Positions 37,209 through 45,432 of a DNA stretch of 64,000 nucleotides are shown one piece after another; within the stretch, counting starts at the first letter, position 1, and each line of letters opens with the position of its first letter. This DNA comes from Shigella phage ESh28. The DNA is taken from sequence record ON528738; one strand, 5' to 3'. The notes under the pieces were generated by a model. The model was given only the letters and a program-made list of their open reading frames with translations, was not told where the DNA came from and did not search any database. Position numbers and translations under genes: made by a program.

Positions 37209-37233
37209 TTCTATCAGTTAAGAGGAGAATAAC

Positions 37234-37695
37234 ATGACTATCAATACAGAAGTTTTTATCCGTCGAAATAAGCTCCGTCGTCACTTTGAGTCGGAGTTTC
37301 GTCAAATTAACAATGAGATTCGTGAGGCATCAAAAGCAGCAGGGGTCTCATCGTTTCATCTAAAATATTCTCAGCATCTTCTTGATCGTGCAATTCAACG
37401 GGAGATTGATGAGACATATGTTTTTGAATTATTCCATAAAATAAAAGACCATGTTTTAGAAGTTAATGAATTCCTGAGTATGCCTCCACGTCCTGACATT
37501 GACGAGGATTTTATTGATGGGGTTGAATATCGTCCTGGACGTTTAGAAATCACAGATGGAAATCTTTGGCTTGGATTTACAGTTTGTAAACCTAATGCGA
37601 AGTTCAAAGACCCGTCACTTCAGTGCAGGATGGCAATTATCAATAGTCGCCGTTTACCAGGAAAGGCTTCTAAAGCAGTAATTAAAACTCAATGA
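37234..37695 (+). CDS. regB: endoribonuclease RegB
   Basis: 153 aa, MTINTEVFIRRNKLRRHFESEFRQINNEIREASK..., matches T4 RegB as remembered. Confidence 0.93.
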   Translation: MTINTEVFIRRNKLRRHFESEFRQINNEIREASKAAGVSSFHLKYSQHLLDRAIQREIDETYVFELFHKIKDHVLEVNEFLSMPPRPDIDEDFIDGVEYRPGRLEITDGNLWLGFTVCKPNAKFKDPSLQCRMAIINSRRLPGKASKAVIKTQ

Positions 37696-37702
37696 GGTAA
37701 GC

Positions 37703-38248
37703 ATGAGAAAAGCACTACTCGCTGGTCTATTGGCCATTTCAATGATGGCACATAGCTCCGAGCATACTTTCAGTAATGTCCAACTCGATAACATGCGTTA
37801 CGCGTATCAATTCGGGGAACAATTTTCTAAGGATGGAAAATATAAAACACACAAAAATATCCACAAGAGCGGATTAGGTCATATAATGGCTGCTATTTTA
37901 TGGCAAGAAAGCTCTGGCGGAGTTAATTTAAAATCTAAACCAAAGCATCACGCCTACGGAATGTTCCAAAATTATTTGCCTACTATGCGAGCAAGAGTTA
38001 AGGAACTTGGTTATAATATGACCGATGCTGAAATAAAAAGAATGTTGAATAAACGATCCAATTCAGCTTCCTGGGCGTACATTGAACTTTCTTATTGGTT
38101 AAATATACATAAGGGCGATATAAGAAAAGCAATATCCTCTTATAATTCGGGATGGAATGTTAAAGCTGGTTCTAAATATGCTTCTGAAGTCCTAGAAAAG
38201 GCTAATTACCTTAAAAATAATAAACTTTTGGAAATAGTAAATGACTAA
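37703..38248 (+). CDS. secreted lytic-transglycosylase-like protein
   Basis: 181 aa; N-terminal signal peptide (MRKALLAGLLAISMMAHS); SLT-like motifs WQESSGG, GMFQ, SYNSG. Confidence 0.6.
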   Translation: MRKALLAGLLAISMMAHSSEHTFSNVQLDNMRYAYQFGEQFSKDGKYKTHKNIHKSGLGHIMAAILWQESSGGVNLKSKPKHHAYGMFQNYLPTMRARVKELGYNMTDAEIKRMLNKRSNSASWAYIELSYWLNIHKGDIRKAISSYNSGWNVKAGSKYASEVLEKANYLKNNKLLEIVND

Positions 38249-38588
38249 AATTTTAGTTTTATGTATAGGATTAATTTCATTTTCTGCTTCTGCGTCAGCA
38301 GATACATCATATACTGAAATTAGAGAATATGTAAACCGCACTGCGGCAGATTATTGTGGGAAAAATAAAGCATGCCAAGCTGAATTTGCACAGAAATTAA
38401 TATATGCATATAAAGACGGAGAAAGAGATAAATCAAGCAGATACAAAAACGATACATTATTAAAACGATATGCTAAAAAGTGGAATACCTTAGAATGTTC
38501 AGTTGCGGAGGAGAAAGATAAAGCCGCTTGTCATTCAATGGTTGACCGTTTAGTAGATTCTTATAATCGAGGATTGAGTACTAGATGA
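38241..38588 (+). CDS. secreted Cys-containing small protein
   Basis: 115 aa; signal peptide MTKILVLCIGLISFSASASA; four Cys. Confidence 0.6.
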   Translation: MTKILVLCIGLISFSASASADTSYTEIREYVNRTAADYCGKNKACQAEFAQKLIYAYKDGERDKSSRYKNDTLLKRYAKKWNTLECSVAEEKDKAACHSMVDRLVDSYNRGLSTR

Positions 38589-39064
38589 TTGTAAAATATA
38601 TCAAGGGCGATATTGTCGCCCTATTTCTTCAAGGTAATATTATTGCGCACGGGTGCAATTGCTTCCACACAATGGGCTCTGGCGTAGCGGGTCAATTAGC
38701 AAGAGCCTATCCCAAAATTTTAGAAATAGATAAAACCACTACCGAGTACGGTTCTCGTGATAAATTAGGCGATATGTCTATTGTTTTTAAACATAGTCCT
38801 ACGGGATTTGGTATATGCTATAACCTGTATACACAATACGAACCGGGTCCTAATCTTGATTATGGTGCTTTAGTAAACTGCATGATAGAATTAAATCTAC
38901 AGGCAGAAACCCTTTTGTTTAAACCAGTAATTTACATTCCACGCATAGGTTGTGGTATTGCTGGCGGTGATTGGGATAAGGTTTCTAAATTAATCGACAT
39001 GTTTACTCCTGATATTGATTTGATAGTGGTGGATTATGAAAGTACATTACCCGCATCCGTTTGA
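38585..39064 (+). CDS. macro-domain-like protein (putative ADP-ribose binding/processing)
   Basis: 159 aa; GDIVAL...NIIAHGCNCFHTMGSGVAGQLA and PRIGCGIAGGDW resemble macro-domain glycine-rich ADP-ribose-binding loops. Confidence 0.5.
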   Translation: MIVKYIKGDIVALFLQGNIIAHGCNCFHTMGSGVAGQLARAYPKILEIDKTTTEYGSRDKLGDMSIVFKHSPTGFGICYNLYTQYEPGPNLDYGALVNCMIELNLQAETLLFKPVIYIPRIGCGIAGGDWDKVSKLIDMFTPDIDLIVVDYESTLPASV

Positions 39065-39248
39065 TCCTAAAAACAAAGCAGAAATTATTCGTCAATGGGA
39101 ACGCATTTGCCGTACTAAATGTCCAATTAATAGTCCACATGATGTAGATAAAGACTACATTGGAACATTCGTTGAATATACCTTTATTGATAAGAAAGGT
39201 CGTAAACAACATGTAGAAGAATATTGCTTAAAGGTTACATGGTTATGA
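39036..39248 (+). CDS. hypothetical protein
   Basis: 70-aa ORF overlapping the 3' end of the previous gene by 29 nt. Confidence 0.4.
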   Translation: MKVHYPHPFDPKNKAEIIRQWERICRTKCPINSPHDVDKDYIGTFVEYTFIDKKGRKQHVEEYCLKVTWL

Positions 39249-39451
39249 GCCAAACTAGTATTCTTAAAAATGCCCACTGTGAAAAGTGTAAGTGGCCGGT
39301 TGTTTTTGCTTTATGTAATGATGAAATGGCTTGTGATTTCGATTATTGGTGCTATTGTTCTAATAAAGGATGCATCAATCATAAAGGTGAAGGATTTTAT
39401 TCAGGATTTTATCCTTATCCTGATTTCGTTAAAGAAGGTAAACCAAAATGA
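39245..39451 (+). CDS. Cys-rich small protein (zinc-ribbon-like)
   Basis: 68 aa from ATG at 39245 (MSQTSILKNAHCEKCKWP...); CxxC...C...CxC...C pattern; ATGA overlap with the previous stop. Confidence 0.5.
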   Translation: MSQTSILKNAHCEKCKWPVVFALCNDEMACDFDYWCYCSNKGCINHKGEGFYSGFYPYPDFVKEGKPK

Positions 39452-39621
39452 ATAGTTTTGAGTTACAATACGAAGTGTTACGTGAGCTTGATAATTTAAT
39501 TGAACTCGCTGTTAATAAAGGTTTTGCCATTGGAATCGGTCAAAAAGATACTGGTCATTTAACTATGGAAATATTTAAGCAAAAGCGAATTATTTTAAAA
39601 CTCCTGGAAATTAATATATGA
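39448..39621 (+). CDS. hypothetical protein
   Basis: 57-aa ORF (MNSFELQYEVLRELDNL...) found by reading the frame; below the ORF-track length cutoff; coupled to both neighbours by overlapping stop/start. Confidence 0.4.
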   Translation: MNSFELQYEVLRELDNLIELAVNKGFAIGIGQKDTGHLTMEIFKQKRIILKLLEINI

Positions 39622-39803
39622 GTCTGAGTAAAGAACAAAAAGATAAATTGTTTGAGCTTATCCATGAACTTCTAGATGAGCATACAGAAACAAACACCTT
39701 TTATGATGAATACGGCCCGCTATCTCCCGAACAGCAGGAAGAATTTGTTGATCGGTTTGATAAGAAAGAAAATGAATTAATAGCTTATGTGAATACGCTT
39801 TAA
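39618..39803 (+). CDS. hypothetical protein
   Basis: 61-aa acidic ORF immediately upstream of tk. Confidence 0.5.
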   Translation: MSLSKEQKDKLFELIHELLDEHTETNTFYDEYGPLSPEQQEEFVDRFDKKENELIAYVNTL

Positions 39804-39812
39804 GAAGGTGAT

Positions 39813-40394
39813 ATGGCGAGTTTAATTTTTACTTATGCAGCAATGAATGCTGGAAAATCTGCTTCTCTTTTGACTGCTGCGCATAATTATAAAGAACGTG
39901 GAATGAGTGTATTAGTTCTTAAGCCTGCTATTGATACTCGCGATTCTGTCTGTGAAGTTGTTTCTCGCATTGGAATTAAACAGGAAGCGAATATTATTAC
40001 AGATGATATGGATATTTTCGAATTCTATAAATGGGCCGAAGCACAAAAAGATATTCATTGCGTATTTGTAGATGAAGCTCAGTTTTTAAAAACTGAACAG
40101 GTGCACCAATTAAGCCGAATTGTTGATACATATAATGTTCCTGTTATGACTTATGGATTAAGGACTGATTTCGCTGGAAAATTGTTTGAAGGTTCTAAAG
40201 AACTTTTAGCGATTGCAGATAAACTTATTGAACTAAAGGCAGTTTGTCATTGCGGCAAAAAAGCGATTATGACAGCTCGATTAATGGAAGATGGAACACC
40301 AGTTAAAGAAGGTAATCAAATCTGTATTGGTGATGAAATTTATGTTTCTTTGTGCAGAAAACATTGGAATGAATTAACTAAAAAGCTCGGTTAG
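39813..40394 (+). CDS. tk: thymidine kinase
   Basis: 193 aa; P-loop AAMNAGKSASLL; C-terminal Zn ribbon CHCG...C; T4 tk size. Confidence 0.93.
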   Translation: MASLIFTYAAMNAGKSASLLTAAHNYKERGMSVLVLKPAIDTRDSVCEVVSRIGIKQEANIITDDMDIFEFYKWAEAQKDIHCVFVDEAQFLKTEQVHQLSRIVDTYNVPVMTYGLRTDFAGKLFEGSKELLAIADKLIELKAVCHCGKKAIMTARLMEDGTPVKEGNQICIGDEIYVSLCRKHWNELTKKLG

Positions 40395-40436
40395 TGCAAA
40401 AGTTATAAATAGGTTTATCTAACTAAAGGGGTATAT

Positions 40437-40649
40437 ATGCTACAATTAACTGAAAAGCAACTTCGCAATCTTACTGTGCTTCAATTAGATGAAATTCGTA
40501 GGGAAGTTGGAAATATCATTTCAGCTTTGCGTCGAGAAGTATCACTCAACCAATCTCCGGCAGACTATACTAGATTGCGAAATTTTGAAAAATACCTTGA
40601 TAAAGTTAAGGCCGTGCATCGGCATAAAGTAAATACAGGACAAAAATGA
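40437..40649 (+). CDS. rI.1: hypothetical protein (rI.1 position)
   Basis: 70-aa ORF between tk and rI. Confidence 0.6.
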
Positions 40650-40661
40650 TAGGAGGCCTTT

Positions 40662-40955
40662 ATGGCCTTAAAAGCAACGGCACTATTTGCCATGCTAGGA
40701 TTGTCATTTGTTTTATCTCCATCGATTGAAGCGAATGTCGATCCTCATTTTGATAAATTTATGGAATCTGGTATTAGGCATGTTTATATGCTTTTTGAAA
40801 ATAAAAGCGTAGAATCGTCTGAACAATTCTATAGTTTTATGAGAACGACCTATAAAAATGACCCGTGCTCTTCTGATTTTGAATGTATAGAACGAGGCGC
40901 GGAGATGGCACAATCATACGCTAGAATTATGAACATTAAATTGGAGACTGAATGA
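40662..40955 (+). CDS. rI: lysis inhibition regulator RI
   Basis: 97 aa; N-terminal signal-anchor MALKATALFAMLGLSFVLSPSIEA; matches T4 RI in size and sequence as remembered. Confidence 0.9.
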   Translation: MALKATALFAMLGLSFVLSPSIEANVDPHFDKFMESGIRHVYMLFENKSVESSEQFYSFMRTTYKNDPCSSDFECIERGAEMAQSYARIMNIKLETE

Positions 40956-41338
40956 AATTCAGCGACTTTTCACAAAGTGGAAAACCTTCAAAGGCAGATG
41001 AATACTTAGGTTTATTAATGGCTGCACAAGCTTATTTTCATTCTGCACATTTTGAAACTAAAAGTTATGCTAGACACAAAGCATACGATTTTATTTTCTC
41101 CGAGTTGCCAGATTTGATTGATAAATTTGGTGAGCAATATTTGGGGTATTCTGGTAGAAAATACACGCCTTCAATTCCAGATGCCAGTAAACTTCCTACC
41201 GACACAATTAAAATGATTGATCGCATACTAGACCAATCTAACAGCATTTACAAAGAAATGCCTCCAGCCATCCAAAGCACGATAGATGATATTACTGGAA
41301 TGTTTTACCAGAGTAAGTATCTTCTTTCCCTCGAATAA
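40952..41338 (+). CDS. rI.-1: hypothetical protein (rI.-1 position)
   Basis: 128-aa ORF with ATGA overlap to rI. Confidence 0.65.
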
Positions 41339-41342
41339 CATT

Positions 41343-41366
41343 AGTCTCCTTCGGGAGACTTTTTTC
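41343..41366 (+). terminator. rho-independent terminator
   Basis: Hairpin agtctcc-ttcg-ggagact followed by TTTTTT. Confidence 0.7.
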
Positions 41367-41371
41367 ATTTT

Positions 41372-41408
41372 ACCGGTTTACTTTCCGTTTGAGCTGTGGT
41401 ACTATACA
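41372..41408 (+). promoter_or_regulatory. T4 early promoter module
   Basis: -35 GTTTAC and -10 region tgGTACTATACAACTATC. Confidence 0.6.
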
Positions 41409-41433
41409 ACTATCGGATAAAGAGGAGAACATC

Positions 41434-41622
41434 ATGAAAATTGAAGCACTCAATCAAGAAGGAAATATCTACGTCATCATTAATGGTGATTTTTTCGTCG
41501 ACATGGATGAAGTTACTAGTGAAGAACTTGTAGAACTTCTTAAGAAACGTTATAATATGTGTGATGAAGTTGCAACTCATATGGCGTGTGCAATATTCTC
41601 TCTTTCATATGTGGTGGAATAA
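41434..41622 (+). CDS. hypothetical protein
   Basis: 62 aa from ATG at 41434 ([16 protein letters not shown]...), SD AGAGGAG; the upstream part of the ORF-track reading is translated promoter sequence. Confidence 0.55.
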
Positions 41623-41804
41623 TGATTAGTATCGAACAAGCGGATAAGATTAAAGAATTGGTAGCTTTAATTCGTAAAGCAGACGAGGAGCGCATTAACT
41701 TTGCCTTATCAGGTATTGAAGAATTTGAAGCTAAAGTTGATAATGCTTTAGAAGCGTTAGATATGTTTCTTGATGAAATTATCGATCATAATACGAGAGT
41801 TTAA
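41622..41804 (+). CDS. hypothetical protein
   Basis: 60 aa from ATG at 41622 ([14 protein letters not shown]...), TAATG overlap. Confidence 0.5.
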   Translation: MISIEQADKIKELVALIRKADEERINFALSGIEEFEAKVDNALEALDMFLDEIIDHNTRV

Positions 41805-41805
41805 T

Positions 41806-42000
41806 ATGCTAACACGCGAACAGTTTGAAAAAATCATTAAATTAGCACGTGATATTGAAATAGATTCATACCAATTAGCAGTTGAGCATTGTGAAGGATA
41901 TTCATACGACGGTATAGAAGCAGCTAAAAAGGATTTGGATAAATCCAAAGCTAAGTTAGTTCAATATCTTGAAATGATTAGGTGGAATAATGAAAACTGA
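41806..42000 (+). CDS. hypothetical protein
   Basis: 64 aa from ATG at 41806 (MLTREQFEKIIKLARD...). Confidence 0.5.
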   Translation: MLTREQFEKIIKLARDIEIDSYQLAVEHCEGYSYDGIEAAKKDLDKSKAKLVQYLEMIRWNNEN

Positions 42001-42163
42001 AAAGCAGATGTTTTTAATGAAACTAATTGAAGAATATGCTAATGCAGTTTCTGACTATGAATGTTCTTCTCGGGAAAGAGGTACAGCTTTCGCCAAAGAA
42101 GAAATGAAAATCATGGTTGATGCTCACACAAAGCTTCAGAATTTTATTGAAAACGTCATTTAA
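41990..42163 (+). CDS. hypothetical protein
   Basis: 57-aa ORF (MKTEKQMFLMKLIEEY...) found by reading the frame; overlaps the previous stop. Confidence 0.4.
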   Translation: MKTEKQMFLMKLIEEYANAVSDYECSSRERGTAFAKEEMKIMVDAHTKLQNFIENVI

Positions 42164-42198
42164 TGGTTTACAAGTTGGCAAGGTTATGGTATAGTAAT
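42164..42198 (+). promoter_or_regulatory. sigma70-type early promoter
   Basis: -35 GTTTAC and extended -10 TGgTATAGT, flanked by inverted repeat ttggca/tgccaa. Confidence 0.55.
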
Positions 42199-42327
42199 CT
42201 TGTCAACTGCCAAGGAGAAGAGAATGAAAGTTTTGTTTGTTGTGTATGTGATGATTCAATATAATTACCCAATGTTTACTTATAATCTGGTGAACAACAT
42301 TATTGATATTATTCAAAGGAGTATGTA

Positions 42328-42513
42328 ATGACGAGTGAGCAGGCTTTTAAATTAAGAGAATTAATTGAGACGTATAGTAAAGCTGTTCATACATCAACAA
42401 TTATTGATGAATCAGCTTTCTCCGGACATGCTAACAAGATTAAATACAAAACTCTTATGGAAGAAGCTAAAGTAAATCTTGATTCTTATATTGAAACTTT
42501 AATTGGTGAATAA
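42328..42513 (+). CDS. hypothetical protein
   Basis: 61-aa ORF with SD AAGGAG upstream. Confidence 0.5.
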   Translation: MTSEQAFKLRELIETYSKAVHTSTIIDESAFSGHANKIKYKTLMEEAKVNLDSYIETLIGE

Positions 42514-42514
42514 C

Positions 42515-42781
42515 ATGGGCTTTCCTAAATTAGAAGTAGGTGATTTAATCTTAACAAAATTATGGAATGATGTTCAATCAGTAGAAATCTGCCAATATCG
42601 TGGAGCAACAGGTAATTTGATGTACACGATTTATAATCCAGAAATTTTGTTAGAGTGTCATTTGGAACGCTTTATAAAAGACACCGATAGTATGCCTTAT
42701 AGTGTATCAATTGTACGTAAATCTGATACAAAGGAATATTCTAAAATTTTAGAACAAATCAGCGCAAATAAAAAGGATTAA
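42515..42781 (+). CDS. hypothetical protein
   Basis: 88 aa from ATG at 42515 (MGFPKLEVGDLILTK...). Confidence 0.5.
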   Translation: MGFPKLEVGDLILTKLWNDVQSVEICQYRGATGNLMYTIYNPEILLECHLERFIKDTDSMPYSVSIVRKSDTKEYSKILEQISANKKD

Positions 42782-42782
42782 T

Positions 42783-43316
42783 ATGAAACGATTAGTATTA
42801 GAAGTTAGTCCACTTTTTGGTGAATTGGCTATAGAAAAAGTAAATAATATGTATCGTTTGACGCAAGAAGACGATATGATGTATTTTACACCTAGTGAAA
42901 TTATTCATTTAACCCAAATTGAATATCCTTATACTGATAAAATAGTAAGCATCAATGATGAGCACAAAATTCATTTTTATTCTTCATGCCCAGGATTTAA
43001 TATTAAAAGTGAGTCAATGTGTTTATCAGTTATCCATTGGGATAGTTTTATAGCTAAGATTAAATATTTTTATTATTCTAATGAAAGAAAACATAGTTTA
43101 AAATGGCTCAAAAATTGCAATGCTATTATTACTAACGCTTGCAATCAGAATGATGAAACTCTTTTAAATGTATCAAAATGTTATGAAGATGGAGATGTCT
43201 TAACTATTCGTCAAATTGACGATTTTCGATCGCATATTGTCACATTTACCAAAGACGAAGCTATTGCGCTAAAGACTTATCTTGATTCTGTCATTCCAAC
43301 TATGATTTCAAAGTGA
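42783..43316 (+). CDS. hypothetical protein (paralog A, shared C-terminal motif)
   Basis: 177 aa; C-terminus FTKDEAIALKTYLDSVIPTMISK resembles the C-terminus of the next gene. Confidence 0.6.
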   Translation: MKRLVLEVSPLFGELAIEKVNNMYRLTQEDDMMYFTPSEIIHLTQIEYPYTDKIVSINDEHKIHFYSSCPGFNIKSESMCLSVIHWDSFIAKIKYFYYSNERKHSLKWLKNCNAIITNACNQNDETLLNVSKCYEDGDVLTIRQIDDFRSHIVTFTKDEAIALKTYLDSVIPTMISK

Positions 43317-43322
43317 GGAAAT

Positions 43323-43844
43323 ATGTTTATTTCAAGTGAAAGTGGTTTAATTCGTGCTGAATTTAAAAATGACATCTTTCTTATTCAAGGAGATGATATT
43401 ATTAAAATGAGTTATGACGAAATCAAGAAAATTTGTCATGCTCTTGAAAGTCATGGAAAAGTGAACGCTGTTATTGATATTGGCGATTTATGGGTGACAC
43501 TTTATGAAGTATCCGAAGGATTTAATATTGAAGATGAAAACAACATCTTAGCTATTGATAAAAGAAGTGATTTGTTTGATGTATTAAAAGTTTATGAACA
43601 GTCAAACGGTGGAAGAAAAGCTGTATTGATTTATCAAAAACCACATTCATGTGGAACTGCTTCAATCATTTCAAATATTGATGATGAAACTGATACTTAT
43701 ATGTGTGTTTTAAAAGCTGGTGGTGACCGTCATCCGGATTTTATTTCTATTCGTCAAAACAATGGAGAAATTTCATTATCAAAATCAGAAGCTGAAGCGA
43801 TGATTAAGTATTTAACAACCGTTACGCCTTCAATGAAAGGATAG
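43323..43844 (+). CDS. hypothetical protein (paralog B, shared C-terminal motif)
   Basis: 173 aa; C-terminus LSKSEAEAMIKYLTTVTPSMKG. Confidence 0.6.
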   Translation: MFISSESGLIRAEFKNDIFLIQGDDIIKMSYDEIKKICHALESHGKVNAVIDIGDLWVTLYEVSEGFNIEDENNILAIDKRSDLFDVLKVYEQSNGGRKAVLIYQKPHSCGTASIISNIDDETDTYMCVLKAGGDRHPDFISIRQNNGEISLSKSEAEAMIKYLTTVTPSMKG

Positions 43845-43846
43845 TT

Positions 43847-44308
43847 ATGATTATTAATGAAAACTCTTGGCACTATAAATTATTCAAATTGTTTAACGAT
43901 GAATGGCAACGACCTAAGACACTATGCGCATACTTTTGGTCTATTGTTATCCCTACATTTTTCGTTTCTATTTTTGGGTGTGCTATACTCGTAGGGTTAA
44001 CAATTATTTGTGCAGAAAGCCTACAACGTTGGCTTATTTTCGGTAGTTTATGGACTTTGCTTCCATCAGCATTTATACTTGCGCTTTTGGTTGTTTTACT
44101 TATTATCGGTTCATTTGTTATTCCTGCACAACTGCGTGAAAAATATAAAGATTATAAATGGAAAAAGGACTATGCTTTACACGTAGAAAATATTGATAGA
44201 GCGTATAAAGGTTTACCTCCTATTCAACCCAAGAAATCGATTATCGTCGAATTTTTAAAAGCTCGTAAAGCTAAAGTATGTCCTGTTATTGAATATAAGG
44301 CTGAATGA
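43847..44308 (+). CDS. membrane protein
   Basis: 153 aa; two long hydrophobic segments (FWSIVIPTFFVSIFGCAILVGLTIICA; LLPSAFILALLVVLLIIGSFVIPA). Confidence 0.6.
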   Translation: MIINENSWHYKLFKLFNDEWQRPKTLCAYFWSIVIPTFFVSIFGCAILVGLTIICAESLQRWLIFGSLWTLLPSAFILALLVVLLIIGSFVIPAQLREKYKDYKWKKDYALHVENIDRAYKGLPPIQPKKSIIVEFLKARKAKVCPVIEYKAE

Positions 44309-45318
44309 TGAAAACAGTAATGAAAAGCTATTTTGGTAGTCATCTTTATGGAACTTCTACCCCAGAATCTGATGTAGATTTTAAAGAAATCTTTGTTCCT
44401 CCTGCTCGCGATATTCTTATTGGAAATGTTAAAGAGCACATGAGTAAAAATACCAACAACACATCATCTAAAAACACTAAAGATGATATTGACCACGAAT
44501 TGTATAGTCTTAAGTATTTCTTTAAATTAGCAGCAGATGGTGAAACTGTAGCATTGGATATGCTTCACACTCCACCTGAACTAGTGGTTAAATCTGATTT
44601 GCCTGATGTGTGGAAGTTTATTCAAGACAACCGTTCTCGTTTTTATACGACTAACATGAAATCCTATTTAGGATATGTCCGCAAGCAAGCTTCTAAATAT
44701 GGTGTCAAGGGTTCTCGTTTGGCTGCATTACGCGATGTATTGAAAGTAGTTAATCAAATCCCTGAGCAATGGGTTGATTACCAAGAAGATGGTTCTATTA
44801 AGCAGCGTCGTACTAAAGTTGAAGATATTAAGCATCGTCTTCCAGAAAACGAATTCTGTGAATGGGTGTTCCATAATCATGAGAAAACAGGCCCACAAAC
44901 GTTCTACACTGTGTTGGGTCGTAAATATCAGACAACGCTTTCTCTTATTGAGCTTAAGCAGTCACTGAACAAATTAGATGCTGAATATGGTGAACGTGCT
45001 CGTAAGGCCGAAGCCAATGAAGGTATTGACTGGAAAGCTCTGAGTCATGCTTGCCGTGGTGGACTCCAACTATTGGAAATTTACAAAACTGGTGACTTGG
45101 TTTATCCACTCAAAGATGCTCCTTTTATTCTCGACGTGAAGTTGGGTAAGCATCCATTTAAAACGGTTCAAGAGTTTTTGGAAGATGTGGTCGATCAAGT
45201 AGAAGCAGCATCTACTGAAGCTTCTAAGAACGGTATGCAACAAAAAGTAGACATGAGTTTCTGGGATGACTTCCTTGAGAAGGTCTATCTTGAAAACCAC
45301 CGAAATTATTATAAATGA
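44305..45318 (+). CDS. nucleotidyltransferase-fold protein (Pol-beta-like GS...DxD motif)
   Basis: 337 aa; N-terminal YFGSHLYGTSTPESDVDF fits the G-S-x9-D-x-D nucleotidyltransferase signature. Confidence 0.55.
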   Translation: MMKTVMKSYFGSHLYGTSTPESDVDFKEIFVPPARDILIGNVKEHMSKNTNNTSSKNTKDDIDHELYSLKYFFKLAADGETVALDMLHTPPELVVKSDLPDVWKFIQDNRSRFYTTNMKSYLGYVRKQASKYGVKGSRLAALRDVLKVVNQIPEQWVDYQEDGSIKQRRTKVEDIKHRLPENEFCEWVFHNHEKTGPQTFYTVLGRKYQTTLSLIELKQSLNKLDAEYGERARKAEANEGIDWKALSHACRGGLQLLEIYKTGDLVYPLKDAPFILDVKLGKHPFKTVQEFLEDVVDQVEAASTEASKNGMQQKVDMSFWDDFLEKVYLENHRNYYK

Positions 45319-45320
45319 TA

Positions 45321-45346
45321 GGGAGCCTTCGGGCTCCCTTTTTTAT
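45321..45346 (+). terminator. rho-independent terminator
   Basis: Hairpin gggagcc-ttcg-ggctccc followed by TTTTTT. Confidence 0.75.
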
Positions 45347-45364
45347 TTCAAAAATTTTTCACAA

Positions 45365-45400
45365 AGTTGTTTACAAGCATAAAGCTTTATGGTACTATAC
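45365..45400 (+). promoter_or_regulatory. T4 early promoter module
   Basis: ttcacaaagttGTTTACA...tgGTACTATACAACTATC, with palindrome cataaagctttatg between -35 and -10. Confidence 0.6.
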
Positions 45401-45432
45401 AACTATCAACTGATACGGATTTGGAGAATAAA

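Noticed and set aside
39270-39455. 61-aa ORF overlapping the Cys-rich small gene
   Set aside because: The alternative frame gives a zinc-ribbon-like product with a proper ATGA-coupled start at 39245 and a downstream coupled ORF at 39448; this frame has neither.
45367-45432. N-terminal extensions in the ORF track reading ...GTIQLSTD... (also at 41389 and 46806)
   Set aside because: These are translations of the conserved early-promoter -10 region (ggtactatacaactatc) beginning at TTG codons; the real starts are the downstream ATGs with Shine-Dalgarno sequences.
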